Part shown: positions 15,401 to 26,201 of the stretch, piece by piece
Position numbering within the stretch: the first letter of the stretch is position 1
How the letters are laid out: every line of letters begins with the position of its first letter
From: Tubulanus polymorphus
Lineage: Eukaryota; Animalia; Nemertea
DNA length: 64,000 bases
NCBI RefSeq assembly: GCF_964204645.1
Contig: NC_134025.1
Coordinates: 29,368,299-29,432,298 of the forward strand
Direction: 5' to 3'
Translations under genes and position numbers: made by a program
Notes under the pieces: model-generated
Told to the model about the DNA's origin: nothing
Database searches by the model: none
Seen by the model: only the letters and a program-made list of their open reading frames with translations

Positions 15401-18400
15401 ATTAACCCCCAGGCTCGGCTTTTCTATAAATAATTCGGGCAAAAAATGTTTGATGTTGCTGTGGAGTGATTTAGATAGACCGGGATGTCTGTGACGGTTC
15501 TGCTAGAAGAAAATGATTTCCGTTGTTTTCACCTATTCACACCCGAGTCACGTCTTCTGATAATGCACCTTTTTGGAATGCGTGCTCGCAGCCATTTTGC
15601 TTGTGCTCATTTGAAGCATCTTTAATGATCTTATCTGTAAATTAACTTCAGATTGATAAACATTCAGATAGCGTTGTATTTTTCTAAATTGTTTCTTCGT
15701 TTGTCATCGAAAACTGCGCTTATTACGAATTACGAATTGTGTTACTTTTACAGATAAGTCTAAGCGGAATGTGGTTGCATGAATTAATAGCTCGTCTAGC
15801 TATTTTGCGCATGAGAAATACAAAACAAAGCCAACACGACCTTTCCAACCTATAAAGAATAGATGAGTCTGCCTATAAAACTTGCACAGAATGAACAGAT
15901 GAATTCATAGACGCTTTTGTTAGGTTCTCAAATTAGTGAAAACAAGATTTAACAACGAGTGATAAATCAGAACAGATTATATCCGAGCAACGTGATTTAT
16001 TATGCTGAATTCTAGATGAAAATCGATGATTTCATGGTTACTTGAGGCTTCAATCATTTATTCTCCTCGAGACACACACGCAGAAATTCAATTTTTTTTT
16101 GCAAGACAGACCTAGAACGCGAGCACCGGCAATACGAAATGTGTTAATGCATGTTGTTTTCATCATACTCAATCCCTCAAAAAGGTTGAGCATCAAGATA
16201 ACCGAGAAGAAAATAAATAGCTCCATAGTTCTTGTTAATTAACTTTAGTTAAAAGTGGCGCAGGTCTAGCTTAGCACTTCACTGCTGTTAGTCTTTATAT
16301 CAAGCAAATGATTTTTAATGTACATTACAACTTTGTCATCCCATAAATAATAGATTTGAGATGTTTCAGAATTTCATCAAATTCCTATGAATCTTTCATT
16401 TTTCAGACGCCTGTTTTTCGTCGATGTTCGGCATCGGGGAAGTTGTAGTGATAATATTATTCATCTTTCTGCGTCATTATTACGACGTTCTGCTACAGAG
16501 TTATGCCCATTTCCCTGTAAATAGCCATTTGCTCTATGGGTTTCGAATAACTCTGACCAGGAAGGGCAAGTTAATCATCAGAGTTCAGAGGCTGTTCTAA
16601 AGCTACTGAGAAACACGTTTCACCAATAATCATCACACCATCACGTCAATGTCGAGGAAATAATACGTAAATATCTGATACATGGAAAGTGGCCGCCAGC
16701 GTCATCGACTGATATCACCGTGGTAAAAAGAGGAATTCGCCAGTCGCCCCGGCGTGTTTTCTTTTGTTCAAACAAGTCCATGGTATCAATTAACGCCCGT
16801 GAATCGCGTGTTACCCGCAAGATCGGATCACCGACGGAATGAATAATGATTTCACCCCGAATGCCGTAGTAAGTGGTACCCGCTTTCATCCCGGTCTATT
16901 CCCAGTACGTCAGCGTGTATGTGTGAGCTAAAAACGATCCTTTTAGATAAAATTAGTTGTATATACATCATAGAAAGGCATAAGTGAAAGCTTTCAAATA
17001 CGTATATGTCTTTAAAGATGCATATATACGCCTGAATGGCTACTTGAAAAATCCACATGGGTCTTACATGTATTCAATATTAGTATCAAGGGCAAGAGAA
17101 TCAAGGTCTAATGGATATCGCTTTCTTTTTATAGAAAACCGTCGATAGAATTATCCGCGGAAGGCTTTCTGTACAGCTGCTATGCTCATCGTTTTTCCAC
17201 CGAGGAAACGAAATATTCATTTAGTAATCTTTCAAACTCCTAAAAAGCTTATCTTAAAGTTTGCATGTAAATCTATACGTGATTTGAAAAGTAAACACCG
17301 TTTGATGAGGTGAAGTTGTGGAATCGCATCGTCGTCGGTTTTCATTTAGACATGATTTCGAGGGGTGTAAATCGTGCCTCATTTCATCTCAGTCACGTAT
17401 TTAATAATTTTAACTTTTTTCCTGAGAGTTTACAAAAGAATTCAATCTCATATTTCAAGAAGCGGCCTCAGTTCACCACGGGTGAGTCCTGATATCGAAT
17501 GTAGGTGTAGGTTAGTTTTCTTGTCAAGGAATTGGATACATTGGTCATTCTATCATCTTGAATGCAATTACGTAAAGACAATAGTAAATAATTAAACAGC
17601 TGTGAGTATGAGTGACACGCGGCATACTAAAGAGTCTTGATTCGATCTGTTATGTATTGAGCGAGGGATCTTCTCTTATCTGATTGAAAAAGGTCACTCC
17701 ACACTCAACTCTTCCATCTTCTTATTTGGCGCTATCGGAATAATACAGCCGCCTACGATCGCTTTAGGATGTAGAGGAATCTTGCAGAATAAGGATAATG
17801 ACAATCGCATCTCACGAAAACACCGAGTATGTTGTTCCGAGTCATTTGCCCGTAACATTGTGAATACTTGTGAGAGAAAATAAGGCATATGAACCCTGCA
17901 CTTTTGGTCTTAGTTTTCCTATAAAAAGATCTAAGAGGAGTAGAAGTGACACACCGATCACGCCAGTGCGTGATATATACTGGTTTCCGGTATTTGTCAC
18001 GCTAACCGATATTTTTCATCTGCATTATTGCCTGTCCAAGTACGTAATAAGTGTATATAGCTAGCTGGAACAAGTCGGTAATGAATCATATAAATAGAGA
18101 TTGTCAGTTCAGCGAAAAGAATATGATTGAAAGAAGGAGATGGAGCTGATTGCGATACTACACGGCGCGTCACTCATTGATCTATATTTGTTGTATCGTG
18201 GTCAATAGCAGAATATGTATGCACAAAACTGTTGTGGTTCTGACGAAGCCGAAAGCAAAAAAACATCACGGTGAATATTTGCGTTTATTGCGGCAAAATC
18301 ATTGGGAATAATCGATGGGCTTCCGGTAATGCTTCCACTTGTGGCAAGTGAGGATCCACCAGGTGCGCTAGTGTTTGCGGTTCTGTTGATTCTGCATTTC

Positions 18401-19716
18401 GAATAAAATCGATAGAATTTGAACGTTTTTATTTGGTCACCGATTCAATCAATTCCAACTGTGAGAACAGTACACACTGAATTCAGGAATCTGACGTTGA
18501 CCAACACTTTCACCATCCGGTTGACAAATGATGAAAATAAGGCGTTCTATTTGAAGAGAAGTCTAGTCGCACCGACTGCGTTTGATTCCGTCGATATCTG
18601 ATTCTAATGATAAATGATCAGCAATCTCAGCGGATTTGCGCATGTCTAGCCGCCGTTCGATCGTACAGCAAATTTTTCCACCGGAAAAGAATACATTGCG
18701 CAAATCATGAAATATCCATTTGTAGCGATATCACTGCCAGATTAAACACCGCCACATTTCAAATTCAATGATATCTTTTATCGAACATTTTTTAATTGAA
18801 AATGATCGTTGATTTTCTTATCAGTGGTTGATGTGGGTGATTAGCTATGGCTACACGACGGATAGTTAGCGTTCCCGAAACTTACCACGTACGTGTCTCA
18901 AGTAAAATACTAGAAGGCGGAAACGGATGAGAGTCATCTATCATACCTGACATGGATATTTTCTACATAACTGAATGAAAAGACTTTACAAAAAGCTACG
19001 TTTATTGGTGTTAGCAGCCTGGTGATTCGTTCAGCCAGACCTGATCTTATCTCTGCTTAAATTGTCCGATTTCACGACTGAGTACCGTCACTTGGCTGTT
19101 ACTCTCTGCTTCCGAATGGTGCACGTTCACGGGGATAAACACCTCTGAAGCGTGAGTGGTGATTGAAAAGATCGGGAGATGTCTCAACAATATACGACCA
19201 GTCAAAAATCGCTGCAAGAATAAGCCGTATACTGTTTCATACCGTTGTCTTATATACGACAAATGTCGATATCTTTACAACGATTGCACGAAACATCAAA
19301 GCTGATGTCAGCTCGGAGTTGATATCTAAAAGATACTTTTTTTTCAGTTGAGCTAAAGATACGAACTTCTTTCTTCGTTGAAATGAAGTCAAGTGAGTTC
19401 TCGGAGATGAAAAAAAAAGGTTGCGCTGCAATTACACACGACCGAAAATAAACATCAGATCTCGGTGTAGTTTAAACAAATAAGACTCCAGCATTTTTGT
19501 TTGACGGCAAATAAGGTTCCGTTCAGCGAAGAATTGATTAGAGGTTTTCTTTTGAAATACAAGAAGCCTGAGTGTTGCTTAGACTAATTACGTTCTTCTG
19601 TCATTACGAATTGCGGCACGCTGCAGTTATCTTTCGTTCCTGTCTCCTCTCGTTCTCTTTATTTTTCTCTCTCTCTTTCATTTGGTGGCTGCGCTAGAGG
19701 CCTATAAGGCTTTGCA

Positions 19717-19837
19717 AGGCCCACATGGAAAAGCACGCTATAATTTTGTAAATTTATATATTTTTTCTCTCTCTTTTTTGGAATATTTAACTCGTAATGA
19801 TGTTACGCTTTTCTGTGAAATGAATTGAAATTGAAAT
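19717..19837 (+). mobile_element. Probable 3' end of a LINE or LINE-dependent SINE (L2/CR1-like)
   Basis: CACATGGAAAAGC (19722-19734) can pair with GCTTTTCTGTG (19807-19817), immediately followed by a short (TTGAAA)n-like tail. A terminal stem plus short tandem tail is typical of such elements. Confidence 0.4.
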
Positions 19838-19953
19838 CGTCCCATCGTGCAACATGTGTTTGTGAGACCGAATGAATAAACTCATTGTGTCGATGTCTTC
19901 TTTTAGATTTGTGACTCAGTATTTCTTATCGAAACCACAGCGCAATAATCTAA

Positions 19954-20413
19954 AGCCAAGCGCACATCGACAAAGCGACTGGAGACAACTAGTTGCTAGT
20001 GAGCGAGTACCCCGCGCACATCGAAAATTTAGTAAAAACCAGCAACTGCGTGGCTCATGCCGGTCGCTAGGTCCATAGCGCACACATCGACAGCAACTGA
20101 GATGTGGTTCAGCAAATATTCTTGAGGGCATCACAAGTGACAAATAGCTTTGTTTAAGTCAGTTACAACCATGTGTTGTTGATTATGGAGCGCTCACATC
20201 GACGGATATGAGAGCAACTGAGTACAACTAGTTGCTCAAAAGTAGAACATGAGCAACTGGGTGGAACTGGAGATAGATGGACGCTAACCAGTCGTAAGCT
20301 CGCTCACATCGACAAATTCGAGCAACTGATTGTATCCAGCCAGTTGCTCTCATGCGCCGAAAACTACCTGGCAACTAGTTGTCTCCAATCGCAGTGTCGA
20401 TGTGCGCTAGGCT
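19954..20413. mobile_element. 460-bp PIF/Harbinger-like MITE with ~45-bp TIRs and TAA TSD
   Basis: Left AGCCAAGCGCACATCGACAAAGCGACTGGAGACAACTAGTTGC; right end is the reverse complement of AGCCTAGCGCACATCGACACTGCGATTGGAGACAACTAGTTGC. TAA at 19951-19953 and 20414-20416. Internal repeats of CACATCGA(C) and GCAACT. Confidence 0.9.
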
Positions 20414-20995
20414 TAACATCAGGTGGATCGGTTAGTTTGAATTCGAAATACGGTTTGAATTTGAATTTGAATCCGGTTTCAATGAGTTCTATGAGTAGAT
20501 TTCTAGATATTGATCCTGGGAATTCTCTAATCGAGGGCAGGTTTTGATTTGTAGATATCGATTCCGGAATTCTATTCTGGCGCATTCGTTTCGACCAAAT
20601 TACGCTCCAGTCAATCCGGAATAGCGTGACCTTAACCTTTTGTAATTTGGAATGGCTATAACTATTAATTAGACTTGATTTTGGACGCTGGGCCTATAGA
20701 CGAGATTATAAAACACAAAAACAAAATCTAGTATTTCTAGAACAGATTTATACTAAGTTTGTCAGGCTGTAGGCATGGCTGCCCCGAATAAGATCTCTTT
20801 ACTTCTTTCTTCTTCTATCCGATGTTTAATGATTTATTTTTTTTTCCTGTCGAGTATTAATCTTTCAATATAGACAATAACCTGTCTGTCGTTTAGTTTC
20901 CCTATCGGATATTTTCACAAACCACGTAAGTTATGAAGCTTCACCAACGATTAGGTAACTAACGACTTTCAATAGCGGTTAGGCTTCAATCATAA

Positions 20996-21168
20996 AGCCC
21001 AACGCACACGGCAAAACATGTGTTTCGCCGAAACAGAAAACACGTTTTTCATAAAACATTTTTTGCTCTTGAAAACATTCAGTTCGGCGTTTTTTGTTTT
21101 GCTCCCCCGCACACGGCATGAAAAAAAAACATCGAAAACGTTTTTTTCGGTGCCGTGTGCGTTGGGCT
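20996..21168. mobile_element. ~173-bp MITE with perfect 18-bp TIRs, related to the 19954-20413 element
   Basis: AGCCCAACGCACACGGCA ... TGCCGTGTGCGTTGGGCT, flanked by TAA / TTA (or TA/TA if the TIR is 19 bp); internal copy CGCACACGGCA at ~21108. Confidence 0.85.
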
Positions 21169-22523
21169 TTACCGCGCGTTCCCGAACGACCTTGTCCCCG
21201 TTCTAAAAGCAAGAGAAATCCCCATTAGAGGGAGAAAAAGATCTTTAAAACCGATGAAACTGCAATCGACGTGAATTGTCAGGTAAGACGTATAATCTTG
21301 GAGCGATGATTGTCGGTAATCTGCGCCATTTGACGAATGAATTAAACGTTGAATTCCCGTACTGTAGATCAGATTACTATCTAACTGTTCCACCTACTGG
21401 TTTTCACACCATCATTGATTCGAGTCAGGTTTTTGCACTTATTTTTTGTACTTTCGACATTCACGTTTGACACGAATCTTCTTTTTTTAAACGCAGATGC
21501 GGAAACGAATTTTTTTGTTCAGATATTCACATCGCGTTTTCACTGAATTAAGTCGACGAAACGAGACACGAGATTTGTAGATATATAATGTCATTCTCAA
21601 ACCAGAAATGTTAATGAATCTTGTCATCGATCGAACGCGCGTTTAGCAGAATGTCTGACAGTCGTTTCTAATGTGATTTAGTCACATACGGTAGAATAGC
21701 CGCACTCTGATGTGGAGAACAGACACGTCATCAGTTTAACACCCACTATATACAGAATCTTAAAGATTAGAAACTAATTTCATTTATCAAGAATTAAAGA
21801 AAAAAGATACCGGACGTTTGGAAGTCTCACAGAGATTATCGTCACACCTGACGGCAATAGTTTTTAACCTTTTAAATTCTGTAAACAATGGCTGTTAAAC
21901 TTATTAAGTCATATATATCTAAATTTAGCTGAATATTAATGAACATCAGCTTTATCTTTAAACATAGTGATATCTATTCACTAACTATGATTGAAACATT
22001 TTTATCTTGGAGGGGGGGGGGTGAGTTTGGTAGACATGGATGTTTGCTCGATTATGTATTACTGGCTTAGAATCAAAGGGGTTTATTGTTGAAGTTTCTT
22101 TATACACACATTTAGACGAAAAATGTACGTTAGTTCAGAACTAAACGCATCCTTCAAAATTCCAGCCATTTAATTGCCGTTATACTGATTACATTTGGGA
22201 CATGCATTAAACACGTATCAGCGCGTTCAATGATGCATTTTTCTCGATGACATTTTGAAGCGCTATTTGCGTTAATTCTTGCGGAAAACAGCAAATGAGC
22301 GTTTAGTTCGTTTCAGATTCCCAGTTGTCTGACGGGAAAGTCACAGCAGTTTTATAATCGATATGAAATCCGTTGCTATGACGGCAAACAGGGATCAGTA
22401 GCGTCTGAGAGAGGCAGACAGCGCGGATCAGACTGAAGAGAGCCACTGATTGCCGGCGCTGGTTTCCGCTGTAGTAATGGACGCCGATAGTCACCGTGAA
22501 TATGCGTGAGGTGTTTGACTCTA

Positions 22524-22611
22524 ATGACTGGAACATCTTTGTTATTTGGTCTGAATGGACTTTTTTTATTTGCAATACTGTACGATTTAACAGTAGCTAT
22601 AGGAGTTATCG
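22524..22611 (+). CDS. First coding exon of the MAM-LDLa gene: signal peptide MTGTSLLFGLNGLFLFAILYDLTVAIGVI
   Basis: ATG at 22524, hydrophobic core, strong phase-1 donor G|GTGAGT at 22612; a possible acceptor TTTCAG at ~22316 would add 5'UTR. Not in the ORF track. Confidence 0.75.
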
Positions 22612-25600
22612 GTGAGTAGAAATATCGCATGCCTTGGTGCTGGTTAAGGACCTGCTGTTACAACAGAATCGAATCGAGCTATTAATACTACACTTCAACT
22701 CGGGGCTCGATTGCACATGCTCTATGTGGTTGTATACAACTAAACTCATTCTAAAATGTCTCTATCGCTAGCAACAATATTCTCTTTACATCAAATACTG
22801 CGAAATCATTTCACATGAACATTTATCCTTTCACATTAAAACGATTGAACGATTGAAGTTCTGGAGTCTGTTATTTATAGTAGAATGTCTCATATTCGTT
22901 ATATGCCACGTAAAAAGAATATTAGATTGTAAGTCCGTTGTCCATTGCTATGAGTTACAGCATTCTGAAGTTCCACAGTTCCACAGTTCGACCACTTCTG
23001 GAACTGCATCCAGGACCAAGTTCAACCATGTTCTCGTTTTTGAGCCAATGGTTCAACGGATTACTATAAAACTTGGTCCTGCAGCCGGTTCCACAGTGTT
23101 TAATGTTCATTTCCATCGCACCTTTTAGCCTAATAAATACGCGCTCAACTGACAAATGGATTCAGTTTATCGGAAATATGAGAAACTGCTTCGGAATGCC
23201 ACGAATTTATGACGCAATTTGATAATGGTTACCATGGAAACGGTTATAGTTGAGTAACGATATGATCGCATCCTCATCAGGACATGCGATATCAATTTAA
23301 CAGCAGGATAAAAACTGATCCCGACCGAACAGAAAAATTAATTACAGCAATCGCATGATACAACGAGTCGGCAAACTACTTACTCACCGAGGAGTCGACA
23401 AAATGCATTAGACACTTGCAAAAAACATATCACCAAAACACATGGATTCGAAAACAGCTATGTTATTTCCAATACCGCGCTCCACTTCGTTTCAAGGGAG
23501 TTTATATACTTTAACTATCAATACGTTACGTAATAGAATTGAATAAAACATTAGCAGAAATGCTCATTAGAAAAGTTAAGTCCTAAGAATTTGTCACAGC
23601 TTTCAACAATATCGCAGTTTCTACTAAAAGAAGGTGATCTGTTCCTTACTTGTTTCTTACTTTTATGATACATGCACAAAAATACAAACATTCCGTTTAC
23701 CATTAAAGTAAGAGTTACATCTAGAACATACAATCGCGATATTCAAGCCTGGTGGCCAAATTTTAAAAAGTAGTTGAAATCTAGTTTTATTTTCAGACGA
23801 CAAAATTTGTAATTTCGAGTCGGCGTCATGCGCGTGGAATATTCCGGACGCCTGGAGACGAGTCAGCACAAGAGAACATTTTCCTCGGGTTGATCAAACA
23901 TATGGTAAGGAAATTACCACTGAAAATACTTTACATATAAACATGTCGTCTCTATGTATATGAATTCATGAATCTTTCATGAAATAGAAAATGAACAGTT
24001 TTTTTTTGTGATATGCATATATTTCCCAATAGGAGTTTATTACAATAAAGAAGGACACTTCCTGACATTAACCTTTAACGGTGCGCCTCCGATAAAGATG
24101 ACAACATCGACGTATATGACGTCGAATCCGGGAATGAAATGTATTCATTACTGGTACAACAAGAACCTCGAACACAAGGAAAGTGGTCAAAGAGAACGCG
24201 TTTTATACTTCGCGATTTATTTGGAAGAGAACGGTCTGAGAACGATAGTACCACCGCCTTTAAGATTCACGGGACGTCAAACGACGTATAACGCCGCTAC
24301 CTGGAATCAAGTGGTTTTAAATTTCAATGTCACCGCGCACAGTTTTAAGGTAATAAATAGTCATGATCATAACGCTCGCAATTTGACATTTTGCTTTTCT
24401 AAAACAATGAAGTCTTTTGCTTACAGTTTATTATGGACGTAATCTGGCAGAATATCCCACCCGACGATCAGTTAAACTCATTTAGTTTAGATGATTTTGG
24501 ATACTATGACGCTTCGTGCAAAGACGTTGGTAAGAAAATCGTCGATATTCCCGCCTTACAGACGAGAATTTCTAACGAAAAAAATGCAGTCAATCATAGC
24601 TACGCGGTATAGATTAATTAACGTCATTCATTCATGAGCAACGCATGGATTCAATCACGATCCATGCACTTCAGAGATAATTCATAATCTCATCGAGCTT
24701 ACGACTGTCTGAAGTTAATCTCTCCTAATCCCGGTTACGTCATCGCTTCCTTTTGCCAGAATTCGACAAAATTCGTTGCTGATTTTCTTTGCTGATTTAT
24801 TTTCAGAGGCTGAAATGCGTTTTTCGTGCAGTCCGTGGGCTAGATCGTTCCACTGTTTGAACGGCAGATGCATTAATGAGATGGATAGATGCAATGATGT
24901 GGACGACTGCGGTGACAATTCTGACGAGTTGCCCGTGCATGCGCACTGTAATGCAGGGCTGTCTGCCAGTGAGTTGTTGAAACTTTATTACGTTAAAATA
25001 TAACTAGATTTCAATATTCAACATTACCAAGTCTAGCAAAAACTTTAAGAGCATCCAAATTGACAGGGCACTTGTCAATATATATCAGTGCAAGACTTTA
25101 TTGCGCTTCATATTTATCATTCTCCTTAACAATCTAAGGCTGGTTTCGCTTGGTCCGATACCGGAATTTTTCTTCGGCGCGTTCGTTACAACCAGAATAC
25201 GCTCTATCTATTCCGAATAGTATATGATCTGCAAACCTGATAGAAGCGACCGGTAACTATTCCTAAATCGGAATACGTTCAATCGAAACCAGCCTAAGTT
25301 TGGAATCCGTGTATTGCCAATTAAAAGGATCTAAATGTATTAGTTTTACAGATGGTAATCGGATTGACCTCAGTAGTTCTGATACTGATGTTGATGACGG
25401 GAATATTTCGCTCCTGGCAGAAAGGACGATGTCGCCGCTGGATCAAACACAGACGCAACTCAACCACCATGACACCGGACGAGCCTCGAGAAATCCTCGA
25501 TCCGGACACACGAGTTATACTCAGGGATAAATCAAAGCGTAAATTAGAACCCGAAGATGTCGTTGAATTGATACCGAGTCATTATCCCGTTCCTAAAAAA

Positions 25601-25921
25601 CAGTCATCAGCGCCACCTATGAGAGATAGTTTAGTACAGACGGACGAATCGTTCCCGGTGAATGTGAGTTTTATCGAGACGCACAACGCGCCGTCTGCCG
25701 AGACGCCGCCAACAACCGATCAAAACAACCATCACCGCGGTAAACATCCATTCGTTCGAGTGAACAGTAGAGGTGTACAAGTCGAAGAGGAATTCACGTT
25801 AGCCGGACTCGATGAAAATCTAATCAAGAAAGTATCCCGTGCTCGAAAATGTCAATCGTTCCATGACGACAGCAACCACGAGTTGACTGCTTCCAAAACA
25901 TCGCGAAACTCGATTTCTTAG
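22524..25921 (+). CDS. Spliced gene for a single-pass type I membrane protein (signal peptide, MAM, LDLa, TM, cytoplasmic tail). Model join(22524-22611, [22881-22928 optional], 23797-23904, 24033-24349, 24427-24529, 24807-24968, 25344-25921); 451 aa, or 467 aa with the optional exon
   Basis: All exons have GT/AG boundaries with compatible phases (1,1,0,1,1) and give one continuous reading frame. There is an in-frame TGA 27 nt upstream of the ATG. MAM hallmarks: CNFE...CAW, P.VDQT, C.HYWY, W.QV, SLDD......C. The LDLa module has 6 Cys and DCGDNSDE. TM helix ILQMVIGLTSVVLILMLMTGIF is followed by basic residues. Confidence 0.9.
22881..22928 (+). CDS. Possible 48-nt symmetric (phase 1-1) cassette exon encoding VECLIFVICHVKRILD
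   Basis: TTATTTATAG acceptor and GTAAGT donor; the frame is preserved whether it is included or skipped. Confidence 0.35.
23011..23081. mobile_element. Tiny intronic MITE with 12-bp inverted ends, among GTTCCACAG fragments of the 53996 family
   Basis: CAGGACCAAGTT (23011-23022) and AACTTGGTCCTG (23070-23081) form a perfect inverted pair; GTTCCACAG occurs at ~22970, ~22978 and ~23088. Confidence 0.55.
23797..23904 (+). CDS. MAM domain N-terminal exon (DKICNFESASCAWNIPDAWRRVSTREHFPRVDQTY)
   Basis: TTTTATTTTCAG acceptor, G|GTAAGG donor; typical MAM start C-x-FE-x3-C-x-W...W-x-R...P-x2-D-x-T. Confidence 0.9.
24033..24349 (+). CDS. MAM domain central exon (GVYYNKEGHFL...MKCIHYWY...TWNQVVLNFNVTAHSFK)
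   Basis: TTTCCCAATAG acceptor, AAG|GTAATA donor; lies within track ORF 24008-24442. Confidence 0.9.
24427..24529 (+). CDS. MAM domain C-terminal exon (FIMDVIWQNIPPDDQLNSFSLDDFGYYDASCKDV)
   Basis: TTTTGCTTACAG acceptor, G|GTAAGA donor; matches the MAM terminal hydrophobic-DD-x6-7-C motif. Confidence 0.88.
24807..24968 (+). CDS. LDL-receptor class A exon (CSPWARSFHCLNGRCINEMDRCNDVDDCGDNSDELPVHAHC)
   Basis: Six cysteines plus F-x-C-x-NG-x-CI and D-C-x-D-x-S-D-E; symmetric phase 1-1 exon with TTTTCAG acceptor and GTGAGT donor. Confidence 0.95.
25138..25294. mobile_element. 157-bp Harbinger-like MITE in the last intron of the MAM-LDLa gene
   Basis: GGCTGGTTTCG(C)TTG ... CAA(T)CGAAACCAGCC, with TAA duplicated at 25135-25137 and 25295-25297 in a C-TAA-G target. 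Confidence 0.85.
25344..25921 (+). CDS. Terminal exon: TM helix plus ~170-aa cytoplasmic tail
   Basis: The phase-1 acceptor ending at 25343 joins in frame to the longest ORF in the window (25352-25921). Hydrophobic helix then RSWQKGRCRRW stop-transfer; stop TAG at 25919-25921. Confidence 0.88.
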
Positions 25922-26195
25922 TCTGGGAATTTGACAACGTTTCTAAAGCACGATATCTATGTTCATGTTTGAAGGATTCGATGTGTCATATACAGTATAT
26001 ATATATAGAACTAAATGGAATTCAAAATCATAGAACTTAAAATAATGGCTATTTATGTTATTTGCGTTATTTAGTTAAGTTTGCCTGCTTTGCTCATTTG
26101 ACTTTGTCGAGAACGGAATGTTTATCTTGAGTTTCTTTTTGCAAATTTTTTACCAAACTATTTGACAACAGTATTTTATATATGGATTATAATTG

Positions 26196-26201
26196 AATAA
26201 A
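26196..26201 (+). terminator. Probable polyadenylation signal (AATAAA) of the MAM-LDLa gene
   Basis: Canonical hexamer ~275 nt after the stop codon, at the end of an AT-rich 3'UTR-like tract. Confidence 0.55.

Noticed and set aside
15998-16020. TATTATGCTGA match to the 5' end of miR-1993
   Set aside because: Only about 11 nt match and no complementary hairpin arm is nearby.
16630-16842. Frame VEEIIRKYLIHGKWP...KRGIRQSPRR faintly like the region preceding Gypsy/GIN integrase zinc fingers
   Set aside because: No HHCC or DDE motifs follow, the frame is short and closed by stops, and the resemblance is too vague.
19872-21212. Track ORFs sharing LKPSAHRQSDWRQLVA / VKPSAHRHCDWRQLVA and PCALGF on opposite strands
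   Set aside because: These are translations of MITE terminal inverted repeats, not proteins.
22376-23510. Antisense two-exon gene (TATA ~23503, MHFVDSS exon spliced to ORF 22376-22630)
   Set aside because: It overlaps the well-supported + strand signal-peptide exon, and the product has no recognisable features.
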